A stretch of DNA of 32,000 nt from positions 11,548 to 43,547 of the forward strand of contig JAJRZD010000120.1 in NCBI GenBank assembly GCA_024275415.1, read 5' to 3'. This document shows positions 26,308 through 32,000 of the stretch, one piece after another. Position 1 is the stretch's first letter, and each line of letters starts with the position of its first letter. The stretch is from an archaeon. Lineage in GTDB: Archaea > Asgardarchaeota > Thorarchaeia > Thorarchaeales > Thorarchaeaceae. A model generated the notes under the pieces. That model did not search any database. It was not told the origin of the DNA and saw only the letters and a program-made list of their open reading frames with translations. The position numbers and the translations under genes were made by a program.

Positions 26308-27246
26308 ATGACAAAGACCGCATTGGTGACAGGTTGCGCAGGCTTTATCGGGAGCCATCTGACCGACAGGTTGCTTGAGTTAGGCTACCAAGTCATTGGT
26401 ATCGATAATTTTCGCACTGGGAACAAGATGAATATCTCAAGTGCGATGGAAAACGAGAGATTCGACCTTCTTGAAGAGGACATTGTGGTTCCCTCATTTG
26501 TTGATTCTATCAAGAAGGAGATTGATATCGTCTTTCACCTTGCTGCTATCGCATCAGTCGCCTTTTCGACAAAAGATCCGATGGCGGTCACACAGACTAA
26601 CGTTGAGGGTACAGTCAATGTCTTGGAGGTCGCTAGAAGACAAAGTGCGAAACGATTCGTATTCGCATCATCAGCAGCGGTATACGGGGATCCGCGTTCG
26701 CTCCCAGTGAAAGAGAACGCTCCTCTCAGTCCGCTAAGTCCCTATGCGGCATCAAAGATAGCTGGAGAATACTACGTAAAGTCGTACAAGGAATCGTTCG
26801 GTCTAGAATATGCCATTCTGAGGCTTTTCAACGTCTATGGTCCTAGACAGGACGAGTCCGAATACAGTGGAGTCATAGCGATCTTTGCTGATAGGGCCGT
26901 GAACGGAAAACCACTGCTGGTTGAGGGAGATGGACTTCAGACGCGCAGTTTCATCCATGTCACGGACGTTGTGGAAGCGATGATACAGGCAGCCCATCGC
27001 CCAAATGCAATCAACCAAACAATCAATATCTCAGGGAAACAATCGATATCAATCATCGATCTGGCAAAGCAGATAGGAAGTATCGCGGGAGCAGAGCTGC
27101 AACATCAGGAAGCGAGAGTCGGGGATATCCGAGATAGCATCGGGGATACCACTAGGGCACGAGAGATCCTCGGTGTCGATTCGTCTGTCCCCTTAGAAGA
27201 GGGGTTGCGCTCCACTCTTGAGTGGTATCGCTCACGTGACCGTTAG
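26308..27246 (+). CDS. NAD-dependent nucleotide-sugar epimerase/dehydratase (extended SDR; GalE/WbpP-like)
   Basis: TGCAGFIGSH, FHLAA, ASSAAVYG, YAASK, RLFNVYGPRQ, GDGLQTRSFIHV. Confidence 0.94.
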   Translation: MTKTALVTGCAGFIGSHLTDRLLELGYQVIGIDNFRTGNKMNISSAMENERFDLLEEDIVVPSFVDSIKKEIDIVFHLAAIASVAFSTKDPMAVTQTNVEGTVNVLEVARRQSAKRFVFASSAAVYGDPRSLPVKENAPLSPLSPYAASKIAGEYYVKSYKESFGLEYAILRLFNVYGPRQDESEYSGVIAIFADRAVNGKPLLVEGDGLQTRSFIHVTDVVEAMIQAAHRPNAINQTINISGKQSISIIDLAKQIGSIAGAELQHQEARVGDIRDSIGDTTRAREILGVDSSVPLEEGLRSTLEWYRSRDR

Positions 27247-30200
27247 GATCAATGTCATCGAGTCTACGATTCCCTCCTCAGTTCTCAGGGTTATTTCCAC
27301 AAGGTACTGTGCAGAAACAATCCCAGCTGGGAGTATTGCTGAGATTTGAGGGGTCGTTCCATAAAGGTCTCCGGGCCCTAATGCACCAATATCAAGTGTG
27401 AATGTGGTGTTAGATGGATTGAACGTGGGAGTGACCTGCTGGTTATGCCAGATAACAGAGAAGTTCCCCGCTGCCACGGTTATGTCAAGTGATAAGTTGT
27501 GCGCAACAACATCATTGTTCCTCAGCATCAGAACGAGATTGCTGTAATCTCCAGACTCGACTGTTGTGGGGCTAAGAACCGCACTCTCGATCCCAACCTT
27601 GCCTTCCTCAATGACCGTCTGGTTGAGCAAGCCAAACATTCGGTAGTATGCTTCAACAACATTCGCTCCCAAGGATACCCGTTCGCCGGTCTTGGCATCA
27701 ACAAGTCCTACCCCGCCAAGTTTCTGAATCACTCCTTCGGTAGAGGTTTCCACAACGAGGAAGACAGGGATGACAAAGAAGAGGTCTCCGCCAAGGTGAT
27801 AGAGCAGACGGTTCCCATACCGATGATCACCCCAGAGTTGGAGCTGAGTCCTCACAGCGTCATCAGTTTCAAAGGCTTGGACAGCAGCATTGGGCCCTAA
27901 CAGAGTAGAGTATCCCGCATCAGCTCCCTCTCCAGCACTATAGAAGGTCAAGTTCCCAAAGTCGATGGAGCCACTTCCCATGATGTAAATCCCGGCTAGA
28001 TTCCGCCCCTGCGATTCGAAGAACTCTGCATTGTGCATGGCGATAAACCTGTCCTGCCCTTCGAACCTCCCAATTATGTAGCGTGTGTCAGAGCCTGCTG
28101 GGGATTGATGGAACTCGCTTCCCGAGAGCCACGTTTCAGCCTTGTTTACATGGTAGATGTATGCGATATCCAGTTGTCGCTCATACAGATCCTCGGGCCA
28201 TTTCATCTGGCTTTGGAGCCAGTCAGGAGTCACATTCCAATCATAATAGGACATATATGTGCTGTCGATGAAGAAGTCCGAGTTGGCTATGGGTGAGCTA
28301 TAGAAGTGCAAACCACCATTCTCAATGTCTACGAGCACGACTCCGAGAAAACGCATATAGTTCTCATGGGCGTAACCAGTTGCAAGGCTATAATCAATGT
28401 AGACTGAAACCGCATAGTAGATATTACCCGACGGATCAGCTACGATGTACGGATCCGAGTCCACTGTCAGTCCCTGCAAAAGGATTGATTGGACCCGAGA
28501 AATGACATCTCTTTCCACAAGCATGTCCATGTCATTGCCCATGAAGGACCAAGCCTCAAGTCCAAGGGTGAACATGTAGAAAGTGGACTCGAACTCTGAC
28601 AATGTGTAGTCAGGACTGCCACGAAAGACATCACTGCCGACCTCATCATAGCCAGGGACATTGACGAATGCGACTTCTCTGAACCCTCGTCCTTCACCAT
28701 AGTAGGTGTTTATTGGGTCGGACCGATTGAAGAGAGCCACGAGGGCATTGCCTTCAACAATATCCCCACTGTACGCATCAAGAACTACCATGCCTTCTGT
28801 ATGGGTATAGACGATATGCTGAGCAATGAAGCTAGTACTGGTAGTCGCATAATCAAAGGTCAACGGTGCAATCCAGTATTCATGGTCTTTCAGATAGACT
28901 ATGTCGGAGTCAGCCAATTGCATCCAGTTCGTCCCTATCTGGTTCTTCATCCTGAGATAACTTGCCTGTTGATCCCATTGTCGAACCGTGGATAGGAACT
29001 CCACCTCGCTCTCCGGTGTGGCGTTGGATGTGAGGTCGTCTATTGATTTTGTTTGCATTCCGTCGAGTCCAGCAGCCCAGTTTGTGATTGCGATTTCCTT
29101 GGCTGTTTCGTAGTTGAATTTCCACTCTGTGTATTGTTCACCATTCATGGGAATCTCGTAGAGGAACGTCTGTGCCACCGGCGCCACTAAGACCATCCCG
29201 AGGAGTATGATTGAGAGGAGTGCGAAATTCCTAGGAGAGCCTGTGAAAGGAATAAGACGTTCGAGTTTGAGCCTTCGCAATTCACTGCTGATATGAGTCT
29301 GATCCTCCATCAATAGTGAAACCCGTCGCCTGTAGTTGTCAAGGCTAATGTCGCCGGACTCGTATTCCGTCCGTACAGATTGCAGTTCGCCCTGAAGTCG
29401 GGTCAGATCCTGCTCAAGCTGTGCAATCTTGCTTCGTAGTCGCTGCCGCACACCGCCCTTTCGCAGACGCATCACAAGAAAGACAAACGCCCCAATAAGC
29501 GAAACGATTAGTCCTACGATAAGCCCGATGAAGGAGAGATAGGTTCCAGCATTGACAGTCCAGAGAGGAACGCTGAGTATCTCGACTACTATGACCAATG
29601 AAACGGCAAACAACGCCTTTGAGATGATGACATATCCATCACGACGCTTACTTAGCATGTCAGTGAACATGTTCAGAAATATCCTGGCTGCGGTGATGAC
29701 AAGGAAAGTGGCAGCAAAACCCAAGAATAGCTGATATGCCTCCATCGCGGGGACAAGGCTGATTATCGTGTCTGATGAGATGTCAGGATGGAACGGTAGG
29801 GCATACAACTGTGAGAGCTGGTCACTGTTGATAGATATCGAACCCCGTTGTGATAGGAAAAGGAGGAATGCCACATTCTGCCCTGTGACTGCGTACCCAC
29901 CAGATGCCACGTAGAACAAGAAGAAGCCCCCGAACTCGGTCAATCTCCAGAGTATGCCGGTTCTCAATTCGAGGCGTCGGACGATAGGACCACTTTGTGA
30001 TATCGCCGACATGAAGGAGATGAGCGTACTTCTCTGAGGGAGCATGATGATGCTGCTCAGGAACGCCAAGAAGAAGGAGGCTAGGAAGATGTTGTTATCT
30101 AATGTCCATGTCGCCCAGAAGTCCATTCCGGCCTTGGTCTGAAAGGTACTCTGGTAAATGATTTGTCCGAGATACCAGCTGTAGAATGTCAGAACGGATA

Positions 30201-30360
30201 CAACAACAATAGCGAGTGTGACCGGGATGATGATGAATGCCTTGAAGTGATTCACATGTTTTCTCCTCCGACAATTGGCAACTAAATAGAGTACAGGCCC
30301 CGTAAGAAACTTGTCATATTTACGCGAACTATCAGTCCAAAACCACATTATTGTTTCCAT
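27232..30360 (-). CDS. UPF0182 (COG1615)-like membrane protein with coiled-coil insertion and C-terminal Ig-like domain; probable start is GTG at 30255
   Basis: N-terminal TM helices; soluble domain with YTHTEG, RDVISRV...DSDPYIV, ENYMRF, WPEDLYERQ and YH...W motifs recalled from UPF0182; GGAGG upstream of GTG 30255. Confidence 0.78.
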   Translation of the reverse strand: METIMWFWTDSSRKYDKFLTGPVLYLVANCRRRKHVNHFKAFIIIPVTLAIVVVSVLTFYSWYLGQIIYQSTFQTKAGMDFWATWTLDNNIFLASFFLAFLSSIIMLPQRSTLISFMSAISQSGPIVRRLELRTGILWRLTEFGGFFLFYVASGGYAVTGQNVAFLLFLSQRGSISINSDQLSQLYALPFHPDISSDTIISLVPAMEAYQLFLGFAATFLVITAARIFLNMFTDMLSKRRDGYVIISKALFAVSLVIVVEILSVPLWTVNAGTYLSFIGLIVGLIVSLIGAFVFLVMRLRKGGVRQRLRSKIAQLEQDLTRLQGELQSVRTEYESGDISLDNYRRRVSLLMEDQTHISSELRRLKLERLIPFTGSPRNFALLSIILLGMVLVAPVAQTFLYEIPMNGEQYTEWKFNYETAKEIAITNWAAGLDGMQTKSIDDLTSNATPESEVEFLSTVRQWDQQASYLRMKNQIGTNWMQLADSDIVYLKDHEYWIAPLTFDYATTSTSFIAQHIVYTHTEGMVVLDAYSGDIVEGNALVALFNRSDPINTYYGEGRGFREVAFVNVPGYDEVGSDVFRGSPDYTLSEFESTFYMFTLGLEAWSFMGNDMDMLVERDVISRVQSILLQGLTVDSDPYIVADPSGNIYYAVSVYIDYSLATGYAHENYMRFLGVVLVDIENGGLHFYSSPIANSDFFIDSTYMSYYDWNVTPDWLQSQMKWPEDLYERQLDIAYIYHVNKAETWLSGSEFHQSPAGSDTRYIIGRFEGQDRFIAMHNAEFFESQGRNLAGIYIMGSGSIDFGNLTFYSAGEGADAGYSTLLGPNAAVQAFETDDAVRTQLQLWGDHRYGNRLLYHLGGDLFFVIPVFLVVETSTEGVIQKLGGVGLVDAKTGERVSLGANVVEAYYRMFGLLNQTVIEEGKVGIESAVLSPTTVESGDYSNLVLMLRNNDVVAHNLSLDITVAAGNFSVIWHNQQVTPTFNPSNTTFTLDIGALGPGDLYGTTPQISAILPAGIVSAQYLVEITLRTEEGIVDSMTLILTVT

Positions 30361-30417
30361 TTGTGAGACTATAGCAAAATGAGAGTGAAAAAGCCCCCAA
30401 CACTACAATGTGCATCA

Positions 30418-31032
30418 CTACTCGACATAATAGACCAGGCCGCCTTTACCTTCCTTGCGACCGGCCTTCCCTAGAGAAACAATGCTATCTAGCTTTGCCC
30501 TCGCTGCTGGTTCGCTTATTCGGAGTTCCCGCGCAGCATTGTGGACAGTAAGAGTTTGCTCGCGGATGAGAATTGTGGCAAGTGGCTGCAAATCACTTGG
30601 CAGCTCAAGCAGGCTAAGCCCGTCAAGTGGCTCCATTGGAGCGACTCGGGTGTCTCTCAAAAGATGTGGCGGAATGATTCGATCCAGTATCTCATTGAAG
30701 TCCTCGAACTGCCCAGACTTGCCTGTATCACCTAGTAATTCTTGAGAATACCGATTCAGGAAGCTTATCGAGATGTAATCAATCAAACTCGTGTCGACCT
30801 CATCAGGGTCATCTGCAATGACAACGGTCAAAATGCGGTCATGGTCTGCAACGAACACAAAACGTCCGTCTGACTCGATGCCTTTCAGGTCATCACCCAT
30901 CGCTTCCTTGCTGAACTGAGAAACTGCTGAAACGAAACTGCTCATCAGCATCGGGTCTGCCAGAGAAGGGTCATAAGCACGATTGTAAATACAGACACCT
31001 CCCTCTACAAGCACATAGACCGCTCGAATCAC
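30418..31032 (-). CDS. Longin-like domain fused to a C-terminal winged helix-turn-helix
   Basis: Longin pattern beta-beta-alpha-beta-beta-beta-alpha-alpha: IRAVYVLVEGGVCIYNRAY, DPMLMSSFVSAVSQFSKE, LKGIESDGRFVFVADHDRILTVVIAD, ISFLNRY, FEDFNEILDRII. wHTH pattern: LTVHNAARELRISEPAARAKLDSIVSLGKAGRKEGKGGLVYYV. Confidence 0.78.
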   Translation of the reverse strand: MIRAVYVLVEGGVCIYNRAYDPSLADPMLMSSFVSAVSQFSKEAMGDDLKGIESDGRFVFVADHDRILTVVIADDPDEVDTSLIDYISISFLNRYSQELLGDTGKSGQFEDFNEILDRIIPPHLLRDTRVAPMEPLDGLSLLELPSDLQPLATILIREQTLTVHNAARELRISEPAARAKLDSIVSLGKAGRKEGKGGLVYYVE

Positions 31033-31838
31033 TTCTTCGCACCCTTCGCTTTCGGTTTTGGAATAGGCATCTCATCTATCTTCTTAACGACGGCTCTAAG
31101 ACCGGTCACGAAAGCAATCTCGGAACTCGTGAGGGCATGGATCTCGCTCCCCATGCCCATGGGGATATCACAATAACAGGGCACATAGCCAAGCACAGTC
31201 GTCAGGTCAGAGAACATCTCCGAGATCGTTTCTTTCATCTGTGAATAACGTGGTTCTTTGAACATGGGCGGGACAACCTTGTTGAACAGAAGATAGGTGC
31301 CTTTGTCAAGGGGCGTGTAGAGACCCTTGAGGATGTTGAGTGTCCCATCAAAGTCGAAGTTGTCAATTTTCGCAATCAACACTGCGAAATCGGATAGGAC
31401 AATGGTGTTCACACTACTATAATGCACCCCTGGAGCGGAATCGAGAATGGTGTAGTCAAATCCATCATCTGCTAACATTTGCTTCAGGCTCAGGAGCTGT
31501 GACAGGGCGTTCATATGCCACTTTCGATCCTGAGCAAGCTGTGTACGAATGGCGTCCACGTCTGGATTTGAGAAAGCAACGGCCATTCTGCCATCTAGAC
31601 TGAATGATGAGGGCATATCATTGAGGATATCCTGATGTGATACACTCCCATCCAAGAAGTCGTTGATGTACTTGGTCTTGGTCGAGATGCCAATCAGAGT
31701 GTGTAGACTTGGAGCCTGAAAGTCCAGATCGAGGACTGCCACATTCTTACCCTCTTGGGCAAGGATAGCGGCTATGTTCGCCACAAGGGTGGTCTTGCCA
31801 GTACCACCTTTGTAGCTGTGAAGTGTGAAGCATTTCAT
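31029..31838 (-). CDS. MinD/ParA-family (SIMIBI) P-loop ATPase
   Basis: Deviant Walker A SYKGGTGKTT with the signature Lys, LDLDFQAPSL, Walker B DYTILDSAPG, LFNKV; its TGA overlaps the ATG of the longin gene. Confidence 0.92.
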   Translation of the reverse strand: MKCFTLHSYKGGTGKTTLVANIAAILAQEGKNVAVLDLDFQAPSLHTLIGISTKTKYINDFLDGSVSHQDILNDMPSSFSLDGRMAVAFSNPDVDAIRTQLAQDRKWHMNALSQLLSLKQMLADDGFDYTILDSAPGVHYSSVNTIVLSDFAVLIAKIDNFDFDGTLNILKGLYTPLDKGTYLLFNKVVPPMFKEPRYSQMKETISEMFSDLTTVLGYVPCYCDIPMGMGSEIHALTSSEIAFVTGLRAVVKKIDEMPIPKPKAKGAKK

Positions 31839-32000
31839 CTCATATCTTCTCTTATTGAATCTGTGATTACGCCAGTACCAGAAAATAAGTGCTCACGTAA
31901 TATCTGTTGCTAGGATTAATCAGTCCGTACCTGTTGGGAATTTAGGTATGAATAAAAGGAGAAAGAGGTAGTTGACCTCAGCAAATAGGATAGGGAAATA

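Noticed and set aside
31928-31979. Short inverted repeats upstream of the MinD/ParA gene as a parS-like site
   Set aside because: Only 5-bp arms, no array, and the context is truncated by the window end.
1-32000. Genome-wide TAG reassignment
   Set aside because: Many well-defined genes (membrane protein 2419, HerA-like, wHTH, atpI, atpH, atpK, larA-like, HEAT, epimerase, longin) end in TAG at positions that look like natural C-termini. Where checked (atpK, larA-like), another stop follows within a few codons.

Overview
Archaeal genomic window, most likely from an Asgard archaeon (Thorarchaeia-like). This is inferred from a longin-domain gene, A-type ATPase genes, TrmI, GGTGA/GGAGG ribosome-binding sites and TATA-like promoters; it was not tested phylogenetically. 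Housekeeping and metabolic genes: a partial PLP aminotransferase missing from the ORF track, pyrF, a NUDIX hydrolase, trmI, a LarA-superfamily racemase/epimerase, an FGGY kinase and an NDP-sugar epimerase. A partial A/V-type ATP synthase cluster (I, H, E, K, C) is split over three orientations and flanked by an AtpZ/AtpI-like gene. A small accessory patch holds a frameshifted transposase HTH remnant and an AbrB-VapC toxin-antitoxin pair. Also present are a stand-alone HerA/FtsK-like ATPase, several alpha-solenoid proteins and a UPF0182-type membrane protein. Leading candidates for new biology: (1) a translationally coupled MinD/ParA ATPase plus longin-wHTH fusion; (2) a ~769-codon helical-repeat reading frame interrupted by a single in-frame TAG followed by a small stem-loop (recoding versus nonsense mutation or assembly error); (3) a GACGGT repeat motif shared by the promoters on both sides of a coiled-coil-wHTH gene; (4) the scrambled ATPase cluster with candidate assembly factors. 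No tRNA, rRNA or CRISPR array was recognised. All family assignments are by-eye motif recognition, not database searches.
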